Virus record (IMG/VR): IMGVR_UViG_3300005512_000282
Span: 1 to 26,660 of that record
Origin: a virus
Taxonomy: Duplodnaviria > Caudoviricetes
Length of the DNA: 26,660 nucleotides
Strand: one strand, 5' to 3'
Positions 1-9,360 of this stretch are shown here, in pieces; position 1 is the stretch's first letter, and each line of letters begins with the position of its first letter. The notes below the pieces were generated by a model. The model was not told where the DNA came from. It did not search any database and saw only the letters and a program-made list of their open reading frames with translations. The position numbers were made by a program, and so were the translations under genes.

Positions 1-166
1 CTTCGCCAGAAACTTCGATCGTACCTGCAGCAACCAACTTAACGAGATCGCCGTTGAAGATTGCGGTAGCGTAATCATCAGCAATGCGATACTCCTTGGA
101 ACGAATAGTACCACCGGTCAAATGATATGCCGGGGTAAATCCGTTAGGGGCATTTACATTAGCCAT
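1..166 (-). CDS. Probable capsid decoration/cement protein, 5' part only (runs off the window)
   Basis: Manual translation: MANVNAPNGFTPAYHLTGGTIRSKEYRIADDYATAIFNGDLVKLVAAGTIEVSGE. AGGAGA RBS at 175-180. It follows the scaffold gene, and the MAN...Y.IA..Y.T.IF.GD.V pattern is typical of head proteins encoded before the major capsid gene. Confidence 0.55.
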   Translation of the reverse strand, partial: MANVNAPNGFTPAYHLTGGTIRSKEYRIADDYATAIFNGDLVKLVAAGTIEVSGE

Positions 167-194
167 AGCTAGTGTCTCCTAAAAGATTCACGAA

Positions 195-671
195 TTATGA
201 ATCCTCGGAGTCATTACGATTCAGAGGATTCCCGAACGTCGTCTGCGACTTCCGATTTGGTTTAGAAATCGGCATAGAAGCATGACTTTCCCTCATGAGA
301 TCGTGGTCTGCCGCATCTACAGCTTGTTCAGCTTGATTACGATAGTAAGCATTACGCTCATCCGCGATTTCCTGAGGAATTTTAGCGAGGATTAACCCAC
401 CTACGCCAATGGTTCCTGCGTGCTTACCTTCATCAACTGTTGGGGCCATAAAGTCTGGGTGGTCTTCGGCGCGTACAGGCTCATAACCTTCACGCATACG
501 CTTAGACATATTAACTTTATCATCCGTACCACCAGCGGCTTCTCGAATCCAACGGTACTTGTAACCCGGGGGAGCTTCTGGTGCGTCCAACATTGAGGGC
601 GGTGCCCACGACTTCTTGCGTGATGTCTTATCACGAGTTTCTGCGGCTCTACTGGTCCGATCATTTGGCAT
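195..671 (-). CDS. Conserved head-module protein of unknown function (158 aa)
   Basis: The start is better placed at MPNDRT (671), with AGGAG at 681-685. The W.PPS.LDAP.APPG..YRWIR motif is typical of genes between scaffold and capsid. Confidence 0.7.
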   Translation of the reverse strand: MPNDRTSRAAETRDKTSRKKSWAPPSMLDAPEAPPGYKYRWIREAAGGTDDKVNMSKRMREGYEPVRAEDHPDFMAPTVDEGKHAGTIGVGGLILAKIPQEIADERNAYYRNQAEQAVDAADHDLMRESHASMPISKPNRKSQTTFGNPLNRNDSEDS

Positions 672-684
672 TTGGATATTCTCC

Positions 685-1569
685 TTAACGCTTGACGTAC
701 TTCGCGTACTCTTCAAGTGGCACCCCTAAACGATTTGCAATCGCAATCTCGCTGGATGAAAGTTTAACTTTGCGTGCGCTTTGTTTAGCCCCGCGATTTG
801 CGGAGGCCACCGTTTGCACGGGACGGCTTTTTTGCTGAAACTTATGCGGGAATGCATCTCGCATACGTTTATCAAGTTCAGTATAATACTCGTCGCTGCT
901 CGGGTCAATACCCTCACGTTCTACAAGATTACGATGAATACCAAAAGCAGAATAGGTCATGGCTTCATCTTCACCAAACCATGAATTCTTTTCGGCCCAC
1001 ACTTCAGCCTTCGGGTCCGGTCTTGGCGGGGCTGCTGGACGACGTTGCACGGGCTGCTGATATACAGGCTGTTGCGCCACCTGTTCACGACGAGTGCGAA
1101 CACGACGCAGATTCTCCTGTTCAACAGCAAGACGAGCCAACTCTTGATTAGCTTCCGCAATCGCATCTGGATCACCAGAGTCAAATGCACTCTTATAATT
1201 CGACTTAGCTTGGGCTAGCTGCGTATCGATACGATTGGTGTATTCATTAAACAGCGTTTCATCCTGACCCTTGCTGTGACGTTTCTGCTCTTCCAATTGA
1301 GCTTGTACGGCTTGTGCATATTCAACCGCCGCTTGTTCACGACGCTCGGCCTCACGATATTTATAAGTCAGCTTATCAATACGCTTTTGTACACCATCCC
1401 CATACGCTTTCAACTCATCATCAGACTCTAAAAACTGACGAACACGAGATTCCGCGTCTGGTTTTTCTATTACCTCTTCTTCTACGACATCAGCGACATC
1501 AGCCGCACTATTTTCTACTTCCTCTTCTGGAAGTTCAAGTTCAAGCTCTTCAGCTGCATTAGTTTGCAT
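685..1569 (-). CDS. Probable capsid scaffolding protein (294 aa)
   Basis: Acidic N-terminus, long coiled coil, W...N.WFG motif and a basic C-terminal helix (IANRLGVPLEEYAKYVKR). Located between portal and head genes. Confidence 0.7.
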   Translation of the reverse strand: MQTNAAEELELELPEEEVENSAADVADVVEEEVIEKPDAESRVRQFLESDDELKAYGDGVQKRIDKLTYKYREAERREQAAVEYAQAVQAQLEEQKRHSKGQDETLFNEYTNRIDTQLAQAKSNYKSAFDSGDPDAIAEANQELARLAVEQENLRRVRTRREQVAQQPVYQQPVQRRPAAPPRPDPKAEVWAEKNSWFGEDEAMTYSAFGIHRNLVEREGIDPSSDEYYTELDKRMRDAFPHKFQQKSRPVQTVASANRGAKQSARKVKLSSSEIAIANRLGVPLEEYAKYVKR

Positions 1570-1583
1570 GGTAATTCTCCATG

Positions 1584-2024
1584 TTAGAATTTGTTCAACA
1601 CGTACTCTGGGTCATCAACCACAGCTAAGATCTCGTCATCATTGAGGAGGCGAATCTCACCACCATCAATAGGAATACGAGCACCAGCATAACGGCCAAA
1701 TACAACCCAATCTCTTTCCTTGCACCAAGGCCCTTCCGGGTACTTGTCAAGGTCTTTATACGCGTCTGGTCCGAGTTTGAGCACCAGCCCTACCACAGTA
1801 GCCAGCTGTTCTCTTTCCCGTGCAGAGTCGGCAATTATAATACCGCCTTTGGTACGTTCCTTCACCTTAAAGGGAAGAATCATGACGCGGTATCCAGTCG
1901 GCTTTGGTAGCTTTTCGTAATCATTCTCGGAAAGCTCCACAGTAGACTGCTCCGGTTTCGGCGTGTCTGAACCAAAATTCAGAACACGATCCGGAATCTC
2001 ACGACGTTCTTCAGTCGTCATCAT
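1584..2024 (-). CDS. groES: GroES/Cpn10 co-chaperonin
   Basis: P.GYRVMILP, mobile loop TKGGIII, VVFGRYAG and RLLNDDEILAVV match the Cpn10 family. Confidence 0.9.
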   Translation of the reverse strand: MMTTEERREIPDRVLNFGSDTPKPEQSTVELSENDYEKLPKPTGYRVMILPFKVKERTKGGIIIADSAREREQLATVVGLVLKLGPDAYKDLDKYPEGPWCKERDWVVFGRYAGARIPIDGGEIRLLNDDEILAVVDDPEYVLNKF

Positions 2025-2214
2025 CCAATTTCTCCATCTTTTTAAGCAGGTCTAAAATTTCGTTTTCGGTGTAGGTTAGACCCGATACCTCACCAACGAG
2101 CTTCTGATAGGCTTCCCAATTCGAGCACCCACCATAAGTTAGTTTATCCGAGACTTGCTGTCTGCGGTCTCGGATATTGCGGAGCAAATACTCCGTAAGT
2201 TTTATGAAATCCAT
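2011..2214 (-). CDS. Small helical head-module protein (67 aa)
   Basis: Tightly packed ORF with a Y...VG...GL motif, overlapping groES. Confidence 0.7.
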   Translation of the reverse strand: MDFIKLTEYLLRNIRDRRQQVSDKLTYGGCSNWEAYQKLVGEVSGLTYTENEILDLLKKMEKLDDDD

Positions 2215-2318
2215 TACTTATTGTACTTTCCGCCCTTAGTAGCTTTACGCATACCACGGCATGTTCCACGGGAAACAACGCCGCCTTTCTTCATTCTTTT
2301 CGTAGTGCAATTGCTCAT
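2214..2318 (-). CDS. Small basic protein (34 aa), absent from the ORF track
   Basis: MSNCTTKRMKKGGVVSRGTCRGMRKATKGGKYNK. AGGAG RBS at 2325-2329 and TAATG coupling to the next gene. Confidence 0.65.
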   Translation of the reverse strand: MSNCTTKRMKKGGVVSRGTCRGMRKATKGGKYNK

Positions 2319-2488
2319 GCTGTTCTCCTAGAATTGATACTGGGTTGGAGCAGTGGTCGCCAGCGGCTGATACTGAGTGGCCATTGGCGGTGGGGTAAAC
2401 ACTCGTCTCTGCAGCGGGTTATCCGCATATTGTTTTTGCAAATCTTGATACGCGATTTCTTGAGGAGTCAAAGTAGATCGCTGGCTAA

Positions 2489-2674
2489 TTAGTAGAGCGC
2501 CTTATCCATTTGGGCACCCGGGCCGCCCATTAGACCTTCGCCCATACCTTCAGAAGATTCGTATGAGGAACACTCAGCCGTGCCATTGCTAGCAATAATT
2601 TGAATTTCTGGTGCCTGACACACCATATCAGTGTTATGCACGCAATCTTCTAATTCACAGTTACATTTGGCCAT
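2489..2674 (-). CDS. Cys-rich small protein, DUF1540-like (61 aa)
   Basis: C.C...DCVHN....C.A..I.I.......C pattern. AGGAG RBS at 2680-2684; overlaps the portal stop. Confidence 0.6.
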   Translation of the reverse strand: MAKCNCELEDCVHNTDMVCQAPEIQIIASNGTAECSSYESSEGMGEGLMGGPGAQMDKALY

Positions 2675-5126
2675 TTCGACTCCTTGCAATTTCTTTCTGA
2701 AGGTCAATATATGACTTCTGACGTTTTACATCAGCATCTAGGAACGCTTCTTCGCGACCCTGCGCCACTCTTTGTTCGTTCTGCAAAATCTGTGCCTGAA
2801 TCTGGTCATGCTTGGTCTGTGCCGCCATTTGAGCTTTAATAAGATCCGCTTCAATCTTAGCCTGTTCGGTCTGTGCGCGTTGCTGATCAGTCGCCATTTT
2901 GATCTGCATTTCTTTGTCATGCATTTCAATCATTGGATCAGGCTTCTGCGGCGGCGTCATCTGTTGCAGAATCTGCGCAATCACTTGCGATTCCGTTTCA
3001 GACACGCGCTTTTCAATCTGCGGCTGCAACTGCTTCATGGCTTCCGGCGGAATCTGTTGACCACCGGACATCTGGCGAACTTCTGCTTCCACCTGCTCAA
3101 TAGCCATCATGTTAACATGGCCAGCAATACCCTGCAAAATATTGGTATAAAAATCTGGCACGCCCTGTATCATCGGGTTCTGTGCGAACTGTACCAATGA
3201 CTGTACGTGCACCATATGATCCTGACCCGGGAACGCCGCAATCTTCTTGTTCTGAAGAATATCCATTAGCTGTTGTGCCGGGGTCCGCGGGGCTGGCTTG
3301 TCCTTCTTCTTGAGAAGCTGATCAACATCCTTGATTTCCATAGCGTTGTACATGCGGCGGAAGGCTTCGCGCAGGTCATGAATTTCCGGCGCTGCCTGTG
3401 CCATTTGCAACTGTTGCTGTGCAATCAAAATACGCTGACTGGTGCTGAAAATATTTGGATCGCTTACTGGAATTACATCCACACGGTCATCAAAATCTTC
3501 ACGCGCAATAGATGGCGAGTTATCTCCAATCGGATACGGATATTCTGGCAATGTTTCTGAGAAAATCCTCGCCAAAAGCTTAAATTCTTTCTTCTGTGCG
3601 TAATGCAAGCGCTTGTGAATGGCCGACATCACTTTGGAACCACGCTCAAGAAGCGCCAGCGTGGTGCCAACTGGGTTCTGTTGTGACCCGGTTTCACTAA
3701 TTGCCATATCCGCAATTGCTGCAAACCTACGACCACTTTCCACAATCATGCCCAACAATTGGTACAGAACTGCAGACGGTTCCTTATACGGCAACGGCAT
3801 TAAAGATTCACGCAGGGAACCACCCGGCGCATCCACATCACGCCATTCGCCCGGCGCAATCGGCTCTTCTTCGTTCGCAACACGCAACCCGCGTGCTTTG
3901 AAACCAGCCGGTAAATTACTGAGCGTACCCGCGTCGATCAATTGACGCAGAATAGAAGTGGCCGACTTAGAAAGCCCGCCGATCATATGAATCAAACCAA
4001 ATCCGTAGAAACCTAAGCCCGGCAGGAATTTGTAATGTACAAAATAATCGCGCTTCGCCCTCAACTGATCCTCTTCCATCCAATTCTTGCGGATTGAAAG
4101 AATTTGTTGGGTGTCTTCTACGATTGTTACAATATATGGAAGTGCCACACCAGTTGGTTCACCGGTATCCGGGTACACATCTTCAAAACCTGGCACATCC
4201 AAATTGACATGCATTTCAAGAAGAGTATACTGATCATTGCCATTGGTACGCTTAATACCCTGCAGATCATCAATCGTTTCTTGCAGAATATTTTGTTCTG
4301 GTTCGTGCGGCGGTCTTAGGTCCACATCTTTGTAAAACCCGTATACCTGCTGTTTACGAACGTCATTCTCTGAAATATTAATTACATGCGTAATACGTGA
4401 TGCAGATTTCAAATCGGTTGCTGTGTAATTTACAACCAAATCTTCTGCCGTCACAAATTTAGAGACTGCGCGTGCCAATGACGCATCATAATATACTTTC
4501 TTAAACGCTGAGCCACTAAGCGGCAAATAAAACAACATCTGATCCAACTCTGGATCGTATTCTTCCATCACATTAGTGATTTGATAATTCATGAACTCCT
4601 TCACACGACCCGCTTGGGCCGTCAATGAAGTTGGTTCTTCACCTTCTGGAGGACTTGGGTACGCACCCACGGTGGCTACCGACACCGGGCCGCCCGCTGG
4701 GAGTAATTCTTTGTATGCTTGTGCTTGGAACTGCGTTGCGGCCTCTGACAACAACGGATGATGAACCCCTGAAGCCCCTTCAAACGGCTCAGTGCGCTCT
4801 TCGTTTTCCGTACCCAGCAATTTTAGACCGTCTGAGAAACTATCTAACCAGTCTTGACGCGATGAAACATCTTCCTTGTAAAGGTCAATAAGCTCTGACG
4901 CCAATGGTCGCAGCACTTCATCATCAATAAATTCCGCCAAGTTGGCCCCGTGAGGCAACATTTCTGGCATGAAATCAGTAGACGGCTCAAAATCCACAAT
5001 CATTCCGTCATCTTCAGGAATAAATTCGATACCCTCTGGGGCCATCACTGTGGTTTCTTCAATATAAACTTCTGCGCCATCATCCGGCAATTCGCCTGCG
5101 GGCATCAAAGGGGTGACAATTGCCAT
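2661..5126 (-). CDS. Portal protein (821 aa) with long Q-rich coiled-coil tail
   Basis: Directly follows terL (TAATG overlap). Motifs G...KKVYYD and FYGFGL, plus a P22-like C-terminal coiled-coil extension. Confidence 0.9.
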   Translation of the reverse strand: MAIVTPLMPAGELPDDGAEVYIEETTVMAPEGIEFIPEDDGMIVDFEPSTDFMPEMLPHGANLAEFIDDEVLRPLASELIDLYKEDVSSRQDWLDSFSDGLKLLGTENEERTEPFEGASGVHHPLLSEAATQFQAQAYKELLPAGGPVSVATVGAYPSPPEGEEPTSLTAQAGRVKEFMNYQITNVMEEYDPELDQMLFYLPLSGSAFKKVYYDASLARAVSKFVTAEDLVVNYTATDLKSASRITHVINISENDVRKQQVYGFYKDVDLRPPHEPEQNILQETIDDLQGIKRTNGNDQYTLLEMHVNLDVPGFEDVYPDTGEPTGVALPYIVTIVEDTQQILSIRKNWMEEDQLRAKRDYFVHYKFLPGLGFYGFGLIHMIGGLSKSATSILRQLIDAGTLSNLPAGFKARGLRVANEEEPIAPGEWRDVDAPGGSLRESLMPLPYKEPSAVLYQLLGMIVESGRRFAAIADMAISETGSQQNPVGTTLALLERGSKVMSAIHKRLHYAQKKEFKLLARIFSETLPEYPYPIGDNSPSIAREDFDDRVDVIPVSDPNIFSTSQRILIAQQQLQMAQAAPEIHDLREAFRRMYNAMEIKDVDQLLKKKDKPAPRTPAQQLMDILQNKKIAAFPGQDHMVHVQSLVQFAQNPMIQGVPDFYTNILQGIAGHVNMMAIEQVEAEVRQMSGGQQIPPEAMKQLQPQIEKRVSETESQVIAQILQQMTPPQKPDPMIEMHDKEMQIKMATDQQRAQTEQAKIEADLIKAQMAAQTKHDQIQAQILQNEQRVAQGREEAFLDADVKRQKSYIDLQKEIARSRNGQM

Positions 5127-6670
5127 TAATAATAGCTCCTCATCCGTCTAGGGATATACTCATCTCGCCAGTCGGAATCCAATCGAATGAAACCGCCTTG
5201 CCTGAATCTCATTAGCGCCAACGTCATAGAGTCCACTTGGTCATCATGATCACCCGTAGGAAACGCTTGCACTTCGTCTATCATTTCGTCTGCAAACCTT
5301 TTTTCCGGCGCCCATATGAACCCCGATGCAAAAAGATCTGATACCGAGTTTACACGGGCAACCTTATCCTGCCCACGCCCCGGACTGTACTCTTGTACCG
5401 GAATCCCAATATACCGGAACTCCTGCGAAAGCGACATTCCTGACGCTTTTGCTTCAATGATAACGGAGTCCGGTTCCCAGTAGTTGTATAAGTAAATGGC
5501 TTTCTGTTTCAGCTCTGGGAATTCGAAACGGTCCTTTACCACGTCCAACAATATCACATGAGGTACCTCTCCGTCAAATAATTTCTTCTCGCCTTCGCGA
5601 TTAATAACATATTCGCCGTCCGGGTACCATATGCCCCATGTCGATATCACTGAGTAGTCAGCCGTGTCCCTTTTACTAAACGCCGTATCATACGACTGGA
5701 TTATGTAATCACAACTCGGTGGGTTTTCAAATTGCCACCTGTTCCACCACTCGCGTTTAATTAACGCACCTTCTTCAGACGTGGGGTTCTGCAACCACTG
5801 CGCGTTCCATAAATGTGGCGCAATTGAATTTTGCACCTTTTTCAGCGCATCCGCGGTCCAGAATTCCGGCCACAAAACGTTTCCTGACGGCATAATAGCT
5901 GGGAATTCAATAAGCTCCCATTTATCAGCATCGGGGTTTTTAGCCTGCTCTTTGACCAACATCCCGGTCAAATCCTTAGTAGACCATCTGGTGTGCACCA
6001 CCAGAATATTGCCCCCGGGCATTAAACGCTGGCGGGGGCCTGCCTGATAATACTCCCACACATCATCAAATACACTTGGCTGGAGCATGCACTGCTCCGT
6101 GTATGGGTCATCGATAATCAAGAGATCAGCACCGCGACCGGTTACAGACGCACCAACACCCGCTGCGAATAACTCACCGCCCTGTTCGACCGCCCAACGA
6201 CCCGCGGATTTACTGTCAGAACGTACTTTGACATCCGGAAATACTTCTTGGAACCGTTCCGAACTTACAATATCACGCACTTTACGACCAAAGCCCACGG
6301 CTAATTCCGTAGTGTTTGAAATCGACATTAAATATGCTTTGGGGTTATTTCCAATATACCAAGCAGGTAGGAATTGGGACGTCAAAAATGACTTACCATG
6401 ACGCGGAGCGATATTAATGATAATACGCTTGTTACCCGAGACGTTTAACTCATTGAATTTATCACCCATTATTTTATGATGGCCCCCAACCATCACAGTA
6501 GGCTCCATATACTTCAGGAATTCAATAAAGTCCTTACGGCACAGCTCCATGTGATCTTCATGGGATAACTGCTCACGTAATGATAGGTATTCCTCAAGTT
6601 CATCATCCGACATTTCCTCATAATTGACCCGCAATTCTTCGGGCGAGGTATAAATGTCGGTGGAGAGCAT
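5126..6670 (-). CDS. terL: Terminase large subunit (514 aa)
   Basis: Walker A APRHGKS, Walker B LLIIDD, and nuclease motifs SYDTA and HDDQVDS. Confidence 0.95.
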   Translation of the reverse strand: MLSTDIYTSPEELRVNYEEMSDDELEEYLSLREQLSHEDHMELCRKDFIEFLKYMEPTVMVGGHHKIMGDKFNELNVSGNKRIIINIAPRHGKSFLTSQFLPAWYIGNNPKAYLMSISNTTELAVGFGRKVRDIVSSERFQEVFPDVKVRSDSKSAGRWAVEQGGELFAAGVGASVTGRGADLLIIDDPYTEQCMLQPSVFDDVWEYYQAGPRQRLMPGGNILVVHTRWSTKDLTGMLVKEQAKNPDADKWELIEFPAIMPSGNVLWPEFWTADALKKVQNSIAPHLWNAQWLQNPTSEEGALIKREWWNRWQFENPPSCDYIIQSYDTAFSKRDTADYSVISTWGIWYPDGEYVINREGEKKLFDGEVPHVILLDVVKDRFEFPELKQKAIYLYNYWEPDSVIIEAKASGMSLSQEFRYIGIPVQEYSPGRGQDKVARVNSVSDLFASGFIWAPEKRFADEMIDEVQAFPTGDHDDQVDSMTLALMRFRQGGFIRLDSDWRDEYIPRRMRSYY

Positions 6671-6978
6671 TAATGCGCAACCTCACCGTCAATAACGCTT
6701 GAATTGTCCAGCTCCCGAAGGCGTCGGATGATATCATCACGGGACTTGCCGGTGTTGTCCTCGACCTGAACCTCAACAGACTTGAGCTTCGGATAAAGGT
6801 ACTGGGCAACTTCCTTCAGACACTGGAACTTGATTGACCGCTCAACTTCATCCTCATGGACCATATCGACCATGGCGAGAACGGGGTCAAAATTCGGATA
6901 ATTGGAAGCGATGATGCGGCTAACCGCCTTCTTACGCTCACCCTCGGACATTGTTTTTGGCTTAATCGATGCAGCCAT
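6670..6978 (-). CDS. terS: Putative terminase small subunit (102 aa)
   Basis: Small helical ORF coupled to terL by TAATG, with a GGAGG RBS. Assignment is mainly positional. Confidence 0.6.
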   Translation of the reverse strand: MAASIKPKTMSEGERKKAVSRIIASNYPNFDPVLAMVDMVHEDEVERSIKFQCLKEVAQYLYPKLKSVEVQVEDNTGKSRDDIIRRLRELDNSSVIDGEVAH

Positions 6979-7289
6979 TTTGAGGCCTCCTCAAATACAC
7001 TGATGGGGCGAGTTTAACACAAAACTTCTTCGAAATCAAATATATGTATATGGGGGTGGGGGACCCGTTGAGTGTTCGAAAAAAATATATAGTAGTATAT
7101 GTTGAGCGCTGAATATACTATATACCTTGCCGGAAATTAATGCCCACGAATTTAAGAACCGATTTTTCCTTTTCCCGGGGGACCCGTTTTTCTTAAGGGG
7201 TTCCCCCCTATTTGACGAAACGCCACGAAACGCGGACCGGGCAAATCCAACCGACAAAAAATGGCCAAAAACAAACGACCCCCGACCCC

Positions 7290-7345
7290 GGGCGAAACTA
7301 TTTGGGCGAAACTATTTGGGCGAAACTATTTGGGCGAAATTATTT
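7290..7345. repeat. Four tandem 14-bp repeats GGGCGAAACTATTT (last copy GGGCGAAATTATTT)
   Basis: Units read directly at 7290, 7304, 7318 and 7332. Confidence 0.95.
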
Positions 7346-7396
7346 TGTTGAGTAGATAGTTGAGCATATCCAGGGTTGAGTATCTCTTCGCGGCCA

Positions 7397-7425
7397 TTGA
7401 CCGGTTGAGTGCCATACCTTATACT
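7397..7425 (+). promoter_or_regulatory. Sigma70-type early promoter P1
   Basis: TTGACC-17 bp-TATACT, followed by a hairpin (7431-7452) and an AGGAG RBS. Confidence 0.8.
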
Positions 7426-7479
7426 TCGCGTGTTGGCTTGATGAAGCCAGCATTCAATAGACTCAATAGGAGAATAGAC

Positions 7480-7923
7480 ATGAACTATTTCAAGACAGAA
7501 AACGGCACCGGCACCATCATCGAAGAAAAGCGCGGCTGGTTGACAGTCGATTTTGATGGCGAGGTGCAGAAGCTGCGCAAATCAGCAGGCGAGATCCTCA
7601 CCGACGCCGACATTGACGAGATGATGGAGGAGGAACTGCCACACACCATGAGCAACCAGCTTAAGCGCTATCGCCCACGCTATGTGACCCACGACGACGC
7701 AGTGAGCGAATCCGGCCGCAAGGTCGTGGACAACAACGATGAAGTCGCAGCAGGGCTGCGCGGCATGTGGATCGAAACACTCTACCCAACCGTCGCCAAA
7801 ATCCTCGGCGTGCCAGAATTGGAACTGCGCGAGCGCTACGGCCATTTGAACAACGGCCAGCAATCAATGAATCTGCGCAACCGAGTACGCGGCCACCTAA
7901 ACCGCGTGAAAGTTGAAGTGTGA
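7480..7923 (+). CDS. First early protein (147 aa); C-terminal domain paralogous to 13169-13429
   Basis: Start MNYFKT after AATAGGAGAATAGAC; the longer ORF-track start lies upstream of the promoter. Confidence 0.8.
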   Translation: MNYFKTENGTGTIIEEKRGWLTVDFDGEVQKLRKSAGEILTDADIDEMMEEELPHTMSNQLKRYRPRYVTHDDAVSESGRKVVDNNDEVAAGLRGMWIETLYPTVAKILGVPELELRERYGHLNNGQQSMNLRNRVRGHLNRVKVEV

Positions 7924-7968
7924 CCCCCGACCCCCGGCCTCGTGCCGGGGTCCATTCGGAGAGAAATC

Positions 7969-8244
7969 ATGAAATGGGAAGATAAAAAAGCCGCCTGCAA
8001 GCCAGGCACCTTGGTCGAATTGCACCCAAACCCACACACCCCGGGCGGCACGGTGGAACTGTGGCAGGGGGTCGATGTGCCGTTTACCACAAGAAGCGGA
8101 AGGCGGACCATCAAAACCAACAGATGGGTGGTGCTGGAGCGCAGACCCGGACAAACATTCAGGGAGGCGGCTGGGAACTTCTGGCACGAAAAACAGGAGG
8201 AGCGCGCCCGGTGGTTTATGAACTTTTTATTGGGGAAAAACTGA
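7969..8244 (+). CDS. Hypothetical early protein (91 aa)
   Basis: ATG after GGAGAG; TGATG coupling to the next ORF. Confidence 0.65.
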   Translation: MKWEDKKAACKPGTLVELHPNPHTPGGTVELWQGVDVPFTTRSGRRTIKTNRWVVLERRPGQTFREAAGNFWHEKQEERARWFMNFLLGKN

Positions 8245-8390
8245 TGAAATATTTCGAATTCAAACAGCAGTATATAAACGCGATCGAATGGGGGGACATC
8301 GACTACCTGTGCGAATTGGAGGATGCATACCCAGATTGGGCTGAGCGAGTTGAAGATTGGATCACAGAACACCGACCAGAGATTGCATGA
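8244..8390 (+). CDS. Small acidic protein (48 aa, MKYFEFKQQ...)
   Basis: Translationally coupled start; followed by a terminator. Confidence 0.6.
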   Translation: MKYFEFKQQYINAIEWGDIDYLCELEDAYPDWAERVEDWITEHRPEIA

Positions 8391-8429
8391 TGAAATAGTG
8401 GTCATTTACAGCTTGATTTGAAACCAATG

Positions 8430-8451
8430 ACCCCGGGCAACCGGGGTTTTT
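8430..8451 (+). terminator. Rho-independent terminator
   Basis: ACCCCGG-GCAA-CCGGGGT followed by a T run. Confidence 0.85.
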
Positions 8452-8714
8452 CATATGTGAAATTGTTTTTCCACGGGTGGGCTTCCCCCGGCCTTGGCCC
8501 AAGAATAGCTATATTAATACCTTCGACCCCCACCAAGCGCAAAGAAAACCCATCCGGGGGCCTCGGATACACACCTAAAACCCCCAAGCATACGACCCCC
8601 GACCCCGGTAGCACACCAACAGACCCCGGTTGAGCATGCGACACCCTCAAATAGGGGGGTCCCCCGACGACGCGAAAACTCTCTCTGACCCCCGGCCTCG
8701 ACGGTCAAAAATAT

Positions 8715-9048
8715 GGGGGTGCATATAGGTGCGGGGTGCATACTATCTAGAAAATTTTCCCTTCTTCGTTTTCTTTTCCCGTCCTTTTCCCCCCGTTCTT
8801 TTTTTATTTTTATTATTATTAAGAAAAAATAAATATATACTAGTGTGCACCCTGGCCAAGCCCCCGTCCTTCTTGAAACTTGGGTCGTTGCATACCCATC
8901 CTTTATCTTCAACCACAATATATACTATGTGACGCTAGATCATATGCACCCTCTACCAGAACAAGTTATGTAAATAGTATCACATAGTATGCACCCGGTA
9001 GCATATAGTATGCACCCGAGACCCCTCGAGGGGTAATAGTATGCACCC
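8715..9048. repeat. Iteron-like (ATAG)TATGCACCC repeats flanking an AT-rich tract; candidate replication origin
   Basis: Direct 13-mers at 8984, 9005 and 9036, with variants at 8841 and 8943. Inverted copies at 8717-8726 and 8734-8746. Pyrimidine/AT tract at about 8750-8840. Confidence 0.7.
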
Positions 9049-9065
9049 ATTCCATCAAGCACCAC

Positions 9066-9094
9066 TTGACCCTCACCCGAGGGGGTGGTATTAT
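9066..9094 (+). promoter_or_regulatory. Sigma70-type early promoter P2 (extended -10)
   Basis: TTGACC-17 bp-TATTAT with TGn, then a hairpin (9101-9119) and an AGGAG RBS. Confidence 0.8.
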
Positions 9095-9135
9095 ATGTCC
9101 ATGGTCGATAGCTGGCCATTAATAGGAGAATTGAC

Positions 9136-9360
9136 ATGGAATTTCGAGAAAAGACCACCAGAAATTGGTTTGAATACAAGCCCAATGATACTGGTATGTT
9201 TCCTGAGTACCCGCACCTTGTGCAGGTTTCAAGCGACCCCATCAATGACTGGGGTTATCGGTATGCCAAGGTTTTGGCGTATGTCCTAATTGACGAAGAC
9301 ATAGTTGAAAAATGGGAGATCAGGGGGTGCAAGCATGAAATACCCAATTCAAATGATTGA
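9136..9360 (+). CDS. Hypothetical early protein (74 aa)
   Basis: Strong RBS directly after P2. Confidence 0.75.
   Translation: MEFREKTTRNWFEYKPNDTGMFPEYPHLVQVSSDPINDWGYRYAKVLAYVLIDEDIVEKWEIRGCKHEIPNSND

Noticed and set aside
1-166. Major capsid protein
   Set aside because: The N-terminus fits a decoration protein better; the capsid gene is probably outside the window.
2738-6401. Antisense and alternate-frame ORFs within portal and terL (and similar ones in primase, helicase and polymerase)
   Set aside because: Shadow ORFs of long genes with no recognisable motifs.
7290-7345. CRISPR array
   Set aside because: The units are 14 bp and directly abutting, with no spacers and no cas genes.
8402-9135. 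ORF-track ORFs across the origin-like region
   Set aside because: Low-complexity translations without convincing RBSs, lying between a terminator and a promoter.
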